In this document: positions 8,810 through 17,833 of the stretch, in pieces | Layout: every line of letters starts with the position of its first letter | Position numbering within the stretch: the first letter of the stretch is position 1 | Source of the DNA: Candidatus Iainarchaeum sp. | Lineage (GTDB): Archaea; Iainarchaeota; Iainarchaeia; Iainarchaeales; 1-14-0-10-31-34 | Direction of reading: 5' to 3' | Assembly (NCBI GenBank): GCA_017609625.1 | Contig: JAFCDN010000003.1 | Location: forward strand, 1,387-65,386 | Length of the DNA: 64,000 nt | Notes under the pieces: generated by a model | Told to the model about the DNA's origin: nothing | Databases searched by the model: none | Seen by the model: the letters and a program-made list of their open reading frames with translations, nothing else | Translations under genes and position numbers: made by a program

Positions 8810-10345
8810 ATGAAAAAAGAATTTTTAATTGAACAGCTTGAAAAAAACTGCAAGATAACTGCAAATCCTTCAGCAGAAGAACTAAGAAAAATGGCAGTAG
8901 ACGAAAAAACAACAGAATATAATTCAGCTTCTTTTGTTTCAAAAATCAGAAGCAGAAGCGCAAAAAAAACTTTTATTGTGCCGGAAGTAGAACTAGGAGT
9001 AAAGCAGGCACAAATTTCAGAAAAAGAAGCAGAAGAGCTGGCAGAAAAAGTTTTTGAATATTTAAAAGGAAAAGAATTAATTCAGATGGATAAAACAATG
9101 TGCACAAACGAAAAATACGAACTTCCATGCAGATTATATACAACAAAAGATTATGCAAGACTTCCGCTAATGTGGAACTATATGCTTTTCCCTTCAAAAG
9201 AAAAAAACCCAGAACTGATTAGCATTCATGTCCCTGAATGGCCTGAAACAAAAATCTTCTGCTATCCAAAAAACAATATAACTTTTTGTTTAGGCTCAGA
9301 TTATTTCGGAGAAGTAAAAAAATCTTTTATTAGAATGGCTATGCACTACTATAAAGTTCACTCAAAAGGATTAGGGTTTCATGCAGGAAGCAAATTATTG
9401 AAAGTGAAAAACAAAGAAGGAGAACTCAAAGAAGTCGGGTTTATAATGTTTGGATTAAGCGGAACAGGAAAAACAACTCTGACAATCCACAACCATGGAT
9501 TAAAAGGAGAAGAATCTTACAGCATCAGACAGGATGATGTTGTTTTAATGGACGAAAAAGGATTTTGCGCCGGAACAGAATTTGGTTTTTTCATTAAAAC
9601 AGAAGGACTGGATGAAAGCCAGAAAGTATTATATGAAGCTTCAATAAAACCAACTGCAATCTTTGAGAATGTAAAAGTATTTGAAGACGGAAAAATAGAT
9701 TTCAAAAACTTTGAATTAACTACAAACGGCCGCGGAGTATTGCCAAGGGATAGTGTAGAAGGCGCAGGAACAGAAATTGATTTGCAGAAAGCAGACAAAA
9801 TAGTTTTTATTACAAGAAGAGAAGACATTGTTCCTGTAATAGCAAAACTTAACCCAGAACAGGCAGCAGCATTTTTCATGTTAGGAGAAAGCATTGAAAC
9901 TTCTGCAGGCGACCCGACAAAAGCAGGGCAGTCAAAAAGAGAAGTCGGAACAAACCCTTTTATTGTAGGAAAAGAAGCAGAAGAAGGAAACAGAGTGTAT
10001 GAAATTCTGAAAAACAATCCAGACTTAGAGTGCTTTTTGATGAACACAGGAGGAATCGGAAGAACAGGCTTTGGAAAAGGGAAAAACATTTCAATCAAAT
10101 TGTCAACTGATGTAATGAAGTTTATTGCAAAAGGAAAAATTGAATGGAAAAAAGATTTTCACTGGAATTATCTGGTTCCAAAAGAGATTGAAGGATTTGA
10201 CTTTTCAGAATACGACCCTGCAAAATATTACTCTGAAGAAGATTTTGAAGAAAAAATAGAAAAGCTCAGAGAAGAAAGAAAGCAATGGCTGGCACAGTTT
10301 CCTGAACTAAAAAAAGAGATTGTAGAATCGATTTACAGGGAATAA
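8810..10345 (+). CDS. pckA: Phosphoenolpyruvate carboxykinase (ATP) family
   Basis: 511 aa. Kinase-1a motif FGLSGTGKTTL. Overall collinearity with the PEPCK_ATP family as I recall it. Confidence 0.7.
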   Translation: MKKEFLIEQLEKNCKITANPSAEELRKMAVDEKTTEYNSASFVSKIRSRSAKKTFIVPEVELGVKQAQISEKEAEELAEKVFEYLKGKELIQMDKTMCTNEKYELPCRLYTTKDYARLPLMWNYMLFPSKEKNPELISIHVPEWPETKIFCYPKNNITFCLGSDYFGEVKKSFIRMAMHYYKVHSKGLGFHAGSKLLKVKNKEGELKEVGFIMFGLSGTGKTTLTIHNHGLKGEESYSIRQDDVVLMDEKGFCAGTEFGFFIKTEGLDESQKVLYEASIKPTAIFENVKVFEDGKIDFKNFELTTNGRGVLPRDSVEGAGTEIDLQKADKIVFITRREDIVPVIAKLNPEQAAAFFMLGESIETSAGDPTKAGQSKREVGTNPFIVGKEAEEGNRVYEILKNNPDLECFLMNTGGIGRTGFGKGKNISIKLSTDVMKFIAKGKIEWKKDFHWNYLVPKEIEGFDFSEYDPAKYYSEEDFEEKIEKLREERKQWLAQFPELKKEIVESIYRE

Positions 10346-11209
10346 CTACAAATCTTTTACAAAATAGTCTCCTTCTATTCTGTAATCCATAGCGTTTGCA
10401 ACGCCGTAATAAAGTTCCCTCATTCCTTTTCGAATTTTTTTTACTGTTTGGCCTGGTTTCACAAAAGGATTCTGATAATAATACAACCTTTCAGGGATAG
10501 TTATCTTAACCTGCTTTAATCCAAGTTTTCTTGCTTGATCCTCAATTTTCTGAACCAAAAAATTTGCCCAAGGTTTTCCTGTTTTTGATTTGAAACGATC
10601 AAGCCATTGCCGGATCTCAGGTATTTTGTCTTCAAGAATAGAGTTTATCTGCAAAGCTTCAACTTTAACTGAATCTTTTTCAAAACCCAGTCTTGCTTCA
10701 GATAACAATTGTGCTTCTTTTTTCATGGTTTTCTTGTTAGGCGCTTTGCTCATATCCTGAAGGTGTAAAGTAATGGAAACAGGAGACTCATAATCAAAGT
10801 CACAAGTTGAAACAGAAACAGAAAATCTTTTTCTTTTTATTCCTCTAATAGAAAATCTTGGGAAAGACTGAAGAAAAGGCAATCCGAATTTTTCAGCGCT
10901 TATTGCATTGTCTAATTGAATCTGATGAACTAAACTAGAGCCAATCTGGGCTCTAAAAAAACGAATATATTGAAGTAAACGCCCTATCCTTGAAACAGGT
11001 TTTCTTAAGGGAATTTTAGACAGCGTTCTGCGAAATGCAAGTTCTTTGCCTGTCCTGCTTAATTTTCTGTTTTTAGTTAACTCAGATATTTCATAAGAAC
11101 TTAACTTTCCCTTGCGAATTTCACGCTCTTTTCTCAGTTTAGAGCGAATTCCTTTTCTGGAAGGCATAGAATACTCTGGCGCTGTTCTGGGTAACTTTCT
11201 CATAAACAA
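10346..11209 (-). CDS. Hypothetical protein with very basic N-terminal half
   Basis: 287 aa. SRKGIRSKLRKEREIRKGK...RKPVSRIGR...IRGIKRKRFS. No motif recognised. Confidence 0.5.
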   Translation of the reverse strand: MFMRKLPRTAPEYSMPSRKGIRSKLRKEREIRKGKLSSYEISELTKNRKLSRTGKELAFRRTLSKIPLRKPVSRIGRLLQYIRFFRAQIGSSLVHQIQLDNAISAEKFGLPFLQSFPRFSIRGIKRKRFSVSVSTCDFDYESPVSITLHLQDMSKAPNKKTMKKEAQLLSEARLGFEKDSVKVEALQINSILEDKIPEIRQWLDRFKSKTGKPWANFLVQKIEDQARKLGLKQVKITIPERLYYYQNPFVKPGQTVKKIRKGMRELYYGVANAMDYRIEGDYFVKDL

Positions 11210-11330
11210 AATAAACAGTTTAAAGTTAATATACTTTTTCCTGTTTCGTTGACTGCCGTTGAAAAAGATTTAAAAAAAGAATGCAACTTTTGTTTTATGA
11301 AAAATTATGAATTTTCAGGGGGCTTAAATA

Positions 11331-12527
11331 ATGGAAATTTCTTCTCGGACAAAAAACTTGGGAACAGAAAACGCGTTTGTCGTATTGGCAGAGGTTAATA
11401 AAAGAATTGCCGCAGGAAAAGAGATAATCAGTTTCTGCATTGGCCAGCCGGATTTTGACACTCCAAAAGTGATTAAAGACGCGGCAATAAAAGCAATAAA
11501 CCAAGGAAAAACAGGTTATGTTGCTTCAGCAGGCCTGCCTGAATTAAGGGAAGAAATTGCAAAATACGAAGGAAAGCTTAGAGGAATTGAATTAGACCCT
11601 GATGCAGTTGTAGTGGATGCAGGAGCAAAAAGTTTTATTACCCACACAATAATGAGCACAACAGACTGCGGAAAAGGAGATGAAGTAATTTATCCAAATC
11701 CAGGTTATCCAATTTATGAAGCACAAACAATAGTTAATGGCGCAGTTCCTGTTCCGGCAAATATTCTGGAATCAAAAGAGTTTAATTTTGATTTAGATGA
11801 TTTCAAGAAAAAAGTTTCAGACAAAACAAAACTGATTATAATTAACTCTCCGCAGAACCCTACAGGCGGAGTATTAACAAAAGAAGTGTTGGAAGGAATT
11901 GCAGAAATTGCAATAGAAAATGATTTATGGGTTTTTTCTGATGAAATCTACTCAAACATTTTGTTTGAAGGAAAACATGAAAGCATTGCGGCAATAGACG
12001 GAATGAAAGAAAGAACAATCATTGCAACAGGGGTTTCAAAAACTTTTGCAATGACCGGCTGGAGAATAGGCTATGCAATAAACGAAAAGCTGGCAAAATC
12101 TTTTTCAACCTGGGTTACAAACATTACTGCCTGCGCAGGGCACCCAAACCAGTATGCTGCAGTTGCAGCTTTAAGGGATGCAGAAAAAGAAGCAGAAGAA
12201 ATGACTGCTTCATTCAAAAGAAGAAGAGATTTAATAGTAAAAGAACTAAATGACATCCCAGGGTTTAACTGCTTAAAGCCTAAAGGAACTTTTTATGCTT
12301 ATCCAAATGTAACTAAAGCATGCAAAAACACCGGAATAAAAGATTCAGAAGAATTAAGAAAAAAAATCCTGGAAGAAGTCGGAGTGGCAGTTTTATCTGA
12401 CATTCACTTTGGAGCAAAAATTCCAGAAGAAGGCGAGCATTTGAGATTTTCTTTTGCAACCTCAGATGAAAACATTGAAAAAGGAACAGAAAAAATCAGG
12501 GAATTTATTAAAAAGAATTCGAAATGA
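11331..12527 (+). CDS. Class I/II pyridoxal-phosphate aminotransferase (aspartate aminotransferase-like)
   Basis: NSPQNPTGG and the PLP-lysine motif SKTFAMTGWRIGY. Confidence 0.85.
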   Translation: MEISSRTKNLGTENAFVVLAEVNKRIAAGKEIISFCIGQPDFDTPKVIKDAAIKAINQGKTGYVASAGLPELREEIAKYEGKLRGIELDPDAVVVDAGAKSFITHTIMSTTDCGKGDEVIYPNPGYPIYEAQTIVNGAVPVPANILESKEFNFDLDDFKKKVSDKTKLIIINSPQNPTGGVLTKEVLEGIAEIAIENDLWVFSDEIYSNILFEGKHESIAAIDGMKERTIIATGVSKTFAMTGWRIGYAINEKLAKSFSTWVTNITACAGHPNQYAAVAALRDAEKEAEEMTASFKRRRDLIVKELNDIPGFNCLKPKGTFYAYPNVTKACKNTGIKDSEELRKKILEEVGVAVLSDIHFGAKIPEEGEHLRFSFATSDENIEKGTEKIREFIKKNSK

Positions 12528-14342
12528 TTAAGAAGAAGAAATTATCTCAATTACTTCTTCATTAGCAGAACCTGTTCCTCCGTCAACAGAAGAAAACTCA
12601 AGATCAGTTACTTTATACATTTCAGAAATAACTAATTCATTTTCCAATCCATTGTTTTTAATCCGCAGCAAATTATTTGCAATAAAAATGATTCTATAAA
12701 CATCCAAATCAATTACTTGATTGCCGCCAATTGTTTTTAAATCATCAGCGTTAATTAAAATCACTTTAGACAATCCTAAATCACCTAAATCCAAAGGCTC
12801 TAATTCAAGCCTCAAAAGATTGTCTTCAACTGGAACAAGTTTGTATACATCTAATTCTTCAATATATTCTTTTGATTCAACTTTAAGCAAATCAGAGGTT
12901 GTAAGAGCAATCACTCTATATTGTTTCAGAGAATATGCATGAACTTTCATTAAATCATCAGTATCTACATTAAGAACTTTAAAAAGATCGCCTTGCATTG
13001 GAACCAATTCCCCTATACTTATTTTATTTACTGCATTTCTTTTTCTGAACAATTCAGTTACTTCAATATTCTGATAGCTTTCAGCCATATTATCTTCAGT
13101 TATTTCAACTGTAATAGGCTTTATTTCAGTTTCATAAGTACCCCAAGTATCTTCAACAGTTCCAGTACAATCAGATACTTCCTCATAATCCAATCCATTA
13201 AGAGTATAAAACATATTTATTTTTTGACTGATTGCACTTCCAATTCCTTTTTCAGAAAATTTTCCGCTTAAATTTACTGCTGTAGTTTCCCCTACTTTAA
13301 TAGAAGCACAACAATTAATGTAAGTTAATGGAACAGGAGATCCAGTAAAACCAGTTAATTTAACCTCTTTATCTGAATTATTTTTAATCTGCAAAACAAT
13401 ATAAGTTGGTTCAATGCTAAAGCTGACTATTTCAAGGTTTCCTTCAGTAGAAGAACAAACATCTTGAGAAGTAGTAAAACTTTCTGGATTCAAAGGATTA
13501 ACTCCTAACATCATTGCCTTAAAACAGTCACCCATTAGCTTAAATGATGCAATCATTTGCTGCTGCATTTCCTGGCCACTACTTGTGCTTGTATTAGACA
13601 TTGCTCCTTTAGTTACTTCAGTTGAATTGTCTGCTAAATCAACTTCAATTATCAAAATCTCTTCTTCCTGGAAAGATATACCACTCTGAACTGAAGAGCA
13701 GTCGCCTTCAACATTCAAAGAATAATTTACAGAATATTTGTTGTTATTCAATTCAGATATATTTCTTTCAATATACAAATCACATCTGTCAATATCTTTT
13801 ATCTGCTTATCTAAAACATCAAGCTCTTCCTGAGTTAAATCAAAATCATAATCAAAACTTTCAGGGTAATTTACTGCAGCCTGTTCAAGATTCTTTTTTG
13901 TTCTTTCAACTAATTTTTCTGCAGTGCATTCACTGGAATTCTCTAAATTAGTTTTATATAATTCAATTAATTCTCCTTCAAAAGTTGTTTTAGCTAAAGC
14001 CAAAATTTCCTGGTTTAATCCTCCTTCTCCAAACTCAACATTCATTTTCCTTGCAAAAGAAGTTCCTTCAGCAAAAACAGAAACAGTAACCTCTGATTCA
14101 GTTAACTCACAGGTTAATTTTACAGTCTGATTTCCATTTTTTAAATTAAATTTATCAGAGCAAAGGATTGTTCCTGCATCATTCAGAATTTTAATTTCAG
14201 CAGAAACAGGCTTATTGGTTGAAAGCCCTACAACAACAGCGTCTCCTTCAGAAGTCAGGGTTTTAATCTGAACCTGAGGCTGCAATAAACAGCCGGAAAA
14301 AAGAATTATAAGAGAAATTAAAACAAAAAAAAGCTTTTTCAT
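12528..14342 (-). CDS. Large secreted/lipobox protein, function unknown
   Basis: MKKLFFVLISLIILFSGC signal/lipobox. C-terminal degenerate DLLKV/NLLRL/DDLKT/NLLRI repeats. Confidence 0.6.
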   Translation of the reverse strand: MKKLFFVLISLIILFSGCLLQPQVQIKTLTSEGDAVVVGLSTNKPVSAEIKILNDAGTILCSDKFNLKNGNQTVKLTCELTESEVTVSVFAEGTSFARKMNVEFGEGGLNQEILALAKTTFEGELIELYKTNLENSSECTAEKLVERTKKNLEQAAVNYPESFDYDFDLTQEELDVLDKQIKDIDRCDLYIERNISELNNNKYSVNYSLNVEGDCSSVQSGISFQEEEILIIEVDLADNSTEVTKGAMSNTSTSSGQEMQQQMIASFKLMGDCFKAMMLGVNPLNPESFTTSQDVCSSTEGNLEIVSFSIEPTYIVLQIKNNSDKEVKLTGFTGSPVPLTYINCCASIKVGETTAVNLSGKFSEKGIGSAISQKINMFYTLNGLDYEEVSDCTGTVEDTWGTYETEIKPITVEITEDNMAESYQNIEVTELFRKRNAVNKISIGELVPMQGDLFKVLNVDTDDLMKVHAYSLKQYRVIALTTSDLLKVESKEYIEELDVYKLVPVEDNLLRLELEPLDLGDLGLSKVILINADDLKTIGGNQVIDLDVYRIIFIANNLLRIKNNGLENELVISEMYKVTDLEFSSVDGGTGSANEEVIEIISSS

Positions 14343-14349
14343 TATACTT

Positions 14350-14964
14350 ATGTATATAAAGAGCTATTTAAACCTTTGGGAAAACAAAACATTAATGAAA
14401 CTGTTTTTTGCAACAGGAAACAAGCACAAAGTTCAGGAAATCAACGCAGTTTTGGGGAAAAAAATCCATCTAATACAGAAAAAGATTGAATTAAAAGAAC
14501 CAAAAAGCAGTTCAATTGAATTTATTGCAGAAAAAAAAGCAGAACAGGCCTTTAGAAAACTGAAAAAGCCGTTGATTGTAGAAGACACAGGAGTTTATTT
14601 TACTGCTTTAAGGAATTTTCCAGGAACAGAGCCAAAAAGAGCGTTTCTGAAATTAGGTTTAAATGGTCTGCTGAAAAAACTGCAGGGAAAAAAAAGAACT
14701 GCATTTTATAAAACAGTAATCTGTTTTACTGACGGAAAAAAGAAAAAAATCTTCAGCGGAAAACTGCATGGGAAAATAACAGAAAAAGTTTTTCTGAAAG
14801 AAAAAGATGTAATGGCATATGAGAAAATTTTTGTCCCAAAAGGAAAAAATAAAGTGCTTGCATTTTTTTCAAGAAAAAACAAAAACAAATTCTCGCACAG
14901 AGCAAAAGCAGCAGAAAAACTGAAAAAGTTTTTAGAGAGCATTAAATATCGGATTCAAGATTAG
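14350..14964 (+). CDS. rdgB: Non-canonical purine NTP pyrophosphatase (RdgB/HAM1 family)
   Basis: MKLFFATGNKHKVQEI...VEDTG. Probable start at 14395. The 3' end overlaps the convergent PiT gene by 33 nt. Confidence 0.8.
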   Translation: MYIKSYLNLWENKTLMKLFFATGNKHKVQEINAVLGKKIHLIQKKIELKEPKSSSIEFIAEKKAEQAFRKLKKPLIVEDTGVYFTALRNFPGTEPKRAFLKLGLNGLLKKLQGKKRTAFYKTVICFTDGKKKKIFSGKLHGKITEKVFLKEKDVMAYEKIFVPKGKNKVLAFFSRKNKNKFSHRAKAAEKLKKFLESIKYRIQD

Positions 14965-15939
14965 ATAGCTTAATGCCCCGATAAAAGCAGTAACTGGAAC
15001 AGTTAAAATCCAGGCCCAGACAATGTTTCTTGCAATAGACCATCTAACAGCAGAAATCCTTCTTGCAACTCCTACACCCACAATTGAACCAGAAATTACA
15101 TGAGTAGTGCTGACAGGAATCCCAAAAATACTGCTTGCAATTATTACTCCAGCACCAGAGGTTTCAGCACAAAATCCGTGGAAAGGCTTTAATTTAGTGA
15201 TTTTTGTCCCCATTGTTTTTACTACTCTCCATCCTCCGGCAATAGTTCCTAAAGCAATTGTAGTGTGAGAAAGAATTATAACCCACCAGGGAATAAAAAA
15301 TTCAGTTCCAAGCATGCCGCCAGAAAAAAGTAAAATAGCAATTATTCCCATTGTTTTTTGGGCATCATTTGTTCCATGGCCTAAAGAATAAACTGAAACA
15401 GAAATTAACTGCAGTCTCTTAAACCAGTTGTTTACTTTTCCAGGCGGAGAATTTTTTACAATTCTTGAAACAAGAGCAGAAAACAAAAAAGAACCAATCA
15501 TTCCCAAAATCGGGGCAATAAAAATAAAAGCAAAAACAAGCAAAATCCCGGGCACAATCAAAGCATCAATTCCTGCGCCGATTAAAGCAGATCCGACAAA
15601 GCCTCCGACTAAAGCATGAGAAGCAGAAACAGGCAGTCCAATAAAAGAAGAAAAATAAACCCAGACAATAGAGCCGATTAAACCGCTAATAACAATTACT
15701 GTAGTGACAACTTCAGGATCAACCAAACCTTTTCCAATCATTTTTGCAACTGCAACAGAAAAAACAAAAGCTGCAACAAAATTAAAAAAAGCAGAAAGCA
15801 ATACTGCCGCACGCAAAGACAAAACTCTTGTTGCAACAACAGTAGAAATTGCATTTGCTGCATCATTTAATCCATTTCCAAAATCAAAAATTAAAGCAAT
15901 GATTATTCCGATTACAACCAAAAAAAAAGGGTCAAGCAT
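14932..15939 (-). CDS. Inorganic phosphate transporter, PiT family
   Basis: Duplicated signature GLNDAANAI and GTNDAQKTMG. Polytopic membrane protein. Confidence 0.9.
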   Translation of the reverse strand: MLDPFFLVVIGIIIALIFDFGNGLNDAANAISTVVATRVLSLRAAVLLSAFFNFVAAFVFSVAVAKMIGKGLVDPEVVTTVIVISGLIGSIVWVYFSSFIGLPVSASHALVGGFVGSALIGAGIDALIVPGILLVFAFIFIAPILGMIGSFLFSALVSRIVKNSPPGKVNNWFKRLQLISVSVYSLGHGTNDAQKTMGIIAILLFSGGMLGTEFFIPWWVIILSHTTIALGTIAGGWRVVKTMGTKITKLKPFHGFCAETSGAGVIIASSIFGIPVSTTHVISGSIVGVGVARRISAVRWSIARNIVWAWILTVPVTAFIGALSYLILNPIFNAL

Positions 15940-16573
15940 GCTTTACCACAATGCCTTCAACTATTCTTGCAACATCCTGAGTTTTATCCAAAAGGTCTTC
16001 AATTCCTTCATACAAATCTTTTCTTTTTATTATCTCCAAAGCGTTTTTTTCTTTTTTAAACAAAGCAGTTATTGCATCATAATAAATTTTGTCTCCTTCA
16101 TCCTCTAAATCATGGATTTTTCTTAAATGAACACTGATAGAATCAGGTTTTTTCAAGCAGGAAACAGCTCTATGGACTTCCTGAAGAGAATTCAAAGAAA
16201 CAGCAGACAATGAGAGCAAATCTCTTGGAATTTCTTTTATTTCATACTGTAAAAGCTTTTGGGAAATATCATCAATTGAATCAATCAAATCATCCAATAA
16301 TTCAGTTAACCTGTGAATGTCTTCCCTGTCAATCGGAGTAATAAAACTTTTATTAAGCAAACGAATTGTTTCACGAATTAACTTGTCTCCTTCATGCTCT
16401 ATTTTAACAATTTCTTTTAAGCGTTTCTTTTTTTGAGCCAAACTTAAATCATCATAATCTCTTAAAAATTTTCCGAAAACAGTTCCAGCCTTGCAGACAA
16501 CTTTTGCCTGGTTTGTAAGCAAATCAAAAAAAACATCTTCTTTTGGCATAAAAAAATTTATTACTCTTTTCAT
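15932..16573 (-). CDS. PhoU-like phosphate transport regulator (DUF47 family)
   Basis: 213 aa helical protein directly upstream of and overlapping the PiT gene, the usual DUF47-PiT pairing. Confidence 0.75.
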   Translation of the reverse strand: MKRVINFFMPKEDVFFDLLTNQAKVVCKAGTVFGKFLRDYDDLSLAQKKKRLKEIVKIEHEGDKLIRETIRLLNKSFITPIDREDIHRLTELLDDLIDSIDDISQKLLQYEIKEIPRDLLSLSAVSLNSLQEVHRAVSCLKKPDSISVHLRKIHDLEDEGDKIYYDAITALFKKEKNALEIIKRKDLYEGIEDLLDKTQDVARIVEGIVVKHA

Positions 16574-16629
16574 TCAAGAAGTTCGTCCCAGAAAATTATT
16601 TAAACAGAATCACAGAAAACAGGCAGAAG

Positions 16630-16637
16630 TATAAAAA
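16630..16637 (+). promoter_or_regulatory. TATA-box candidate for tRNA-Leu
   Basis: TATAAAAA lies about 28-35 nt upstream of tRNA position 1. Confidence 0.45.
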
Positions 16638-16664
16638 GTATTCCATAAACTATTCAATAAGTAC

Positions 16665-16750
16665 GCATGGGTAGGAAAGTCCGGTCAAATCCGTGGGGTT
16701 TAGGACCCCATCCCTTAGTGGGTTCGCAGGTTCGAATCCTGTCCCATGCA
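16665..16750 (+). tRNA. tRNA-Leu (anticodon UAG)
   Basis: Hand fold: acceptor GCATGGG/CCCATGC plus discriminator A; anticodon stem TGGGG/CCCCA with loop TTTAGGA; long variable arm; T arm GCAGG-TTCGAAT-CCTGT. No encoded CCA. Confidence 0.9.
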
Positions 16751-16870
16751 TTCGCGATTTCGCTCGCGAACAACGAGGCGCAACATAAAGTTGCGCTAGC
16801 ACGATTGAAAATCGTGCCTCGTACTAAACTGCCGAAACAGTTTCAGTCAAGCATGCTTCGCCAACTAAAT
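16751..16870 (+). repeat. GC-rich multi-hairpin element, copy C (starts at the base after tRNA-Leu)
   Basis: TTCGCGA-tttcgc-TCGCGAA (16751-16770); CGAG (16774-16777); GCGCAAC-ataaa-GTTGCGC (16778-16796); GCACGAT-tgaaa-ATCGTGC (16799-16817); CTCG (16818-16821); then AAACTG-ccgaaa-CAGTTT. Confidence 0.6.
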
Positions 16871-16883
16871 AGGAAAGATTAAA

Positions 16884-17678
16884 ATGATTGGAGTCGATTT
16901 AGGAATCAGTTCATTCAAAGCAGTAGAAATAGAGAATGGAAAGATTAAAAGAAAAAAAAGAGTTTTTCTTAAAGAAAACACCAGCTTAGAAAAACAGATT
17001 AAAAGATTTTTTTCTGACACCTTTTTTTCGGAAGAAAAAAAAATTGCAGTTACAGGCGCTTACTCTTCTAAACTGACAGAACAAAAAGGAAAAAAGATTT
17101 TCAGAATAAATGAAATACATGCAATAGCTAGAGGAAGCAGATTTCTTTCAAAAGAAAAAAACTTTTTAGCTGCTTCAATTGGAACAGGCTGTTGTTTTGT
17201 TTCAGTCAGAAAAGAAAAAGCAGGGCATATCGGAGGAACAGCAATAGGCGGAAAAACAATTTTAGGTTTAAGCAAACTTTTAACAGGAAAAACTGATTTC
17301 AAAGAAATAGAAAAAAAAGCAGAAAAAGGAGATTATAAAAAAATTGATTTAATGCTTTCAGATGTCTATCCTAAAGGCATTGGATTACTAAAAGGAAATG
17401 TTTCAGTTTCAAATTTTGGAAAAATAAAATCAAAAAAAGAAGAAGATCTGCTTGCAGGAGTGTTTAATTCAGTTTTTCAGGGAATTTCAACCAATGCATT
17501 GTTTGCAGCAAAAGCATTAAAGCACAAGAAAATTGTTTTTTCTGGCTCACTTTCAGAATCAAAAATCTTCAGGAAAACATTTAAGGAATGCAGGAAATTG
17601 TTTGATTCAGCTGAATCAGTTTTTCTGGAAAACCCAGCTTATGCAGCTGCAATTGGAGCAGTAGCCAATGTAAAATGA
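16884..17678 (+). CDS. coaW: Type II (Staphylococcus CoaW-like) pantothenate kinase
   Basis: Collinear with S. aureus type II PanK as I recall it: IGVDLGISSFK, ASIGTGCC, IGGTAIGGKTILGLSKLL, DFKEIEKKAEKGDYKKIDLMLSDVY, IVFSGS, ENPAYAAAIGA. Confidence 0.72.
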   Translation: MIGVDLGISSFKAVEIENGKIKRKKRVFLKENTSLEKQIKRFFSDTFFSEEKKIAVTGAYSSKLTEQKGKKIFRINEIHAIARGSRFLSKEKNFLAASIGTGCCFVSVRKEKAGHIGGTAIGGKTILGLSKLLTGKTDFKEIEKKAEKGDYKKIDLMLSDVYPKGIGLLKGNVSVSNFGKIKSKKEEDLLAGVFNSVFQGISTNALFAAKALKHKKIVFSGSLSESKIFRKTFKECRKLFDSAESVFLENPAYAAAIGAVANVK

Positions 17679-17688
17679 AAGGATTTTG

Positions 17689-17762
17689 GAGAGGGTGGTC
17701 TAGTTGGCAATGACAACGGCCTCACACGCCGTAGATCGGGAGTTCGAATCTCCCTCCTCTCA
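17689..17762 (+). tRNA. tRNA-Val (anticodon CAC)
   Basis: Hand fold: acceptor GAGAGGG/TCCTCTC plus A; anticodon stem ACGGC/GCCGT with loop CTCACAC; T arm GGGAG-TTCGAAT-CTCCC. Starts 10 nt after the coaW stop. Confidence 0.88.
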
Positions 17763-17833
17763 CTTCGCGGTTCCGTCCGTGAGTAACAGTGCACAGCATT
17801 TACTCTGCTCAGCCAAGCTGTTAAGCACTCGGA
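17763..17833 (+). repeat. GC-rich hairpin patch after tRNA-Val (partial relative of elements A-C)
   Basis: GAGTAA-cagtgcacagca-TTACTC. gcacagcatttact resembles gcacaacattcact of copy A. Confidence 0.35.

Noticed and set aside
9517-10098. Long antisense ORFs inside real genes (for example 9517-10098, 4100-4357, 5439-5927, 35643-36290, 36786-37088, 51310-51654, 59117-60121, 43757-44206, 20531-20917).
   Set aside because: They are shadow ORFs opposite well-supported genes (pckA, ABC permeases, P-type ATPases, hppA, copA, valS, pdxS). Their translations are low-complexity (K/P/I/S-rich) with no motifs.
14932-14964. 33-nt convergent overlap of the rdgB and PiT 3' ends as a regulatory antisense arrangement.
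   Set aside because: Such overlaps are common in compact genomes. Nothing in the sequence, such as a hairpin or repeat, singles it out.
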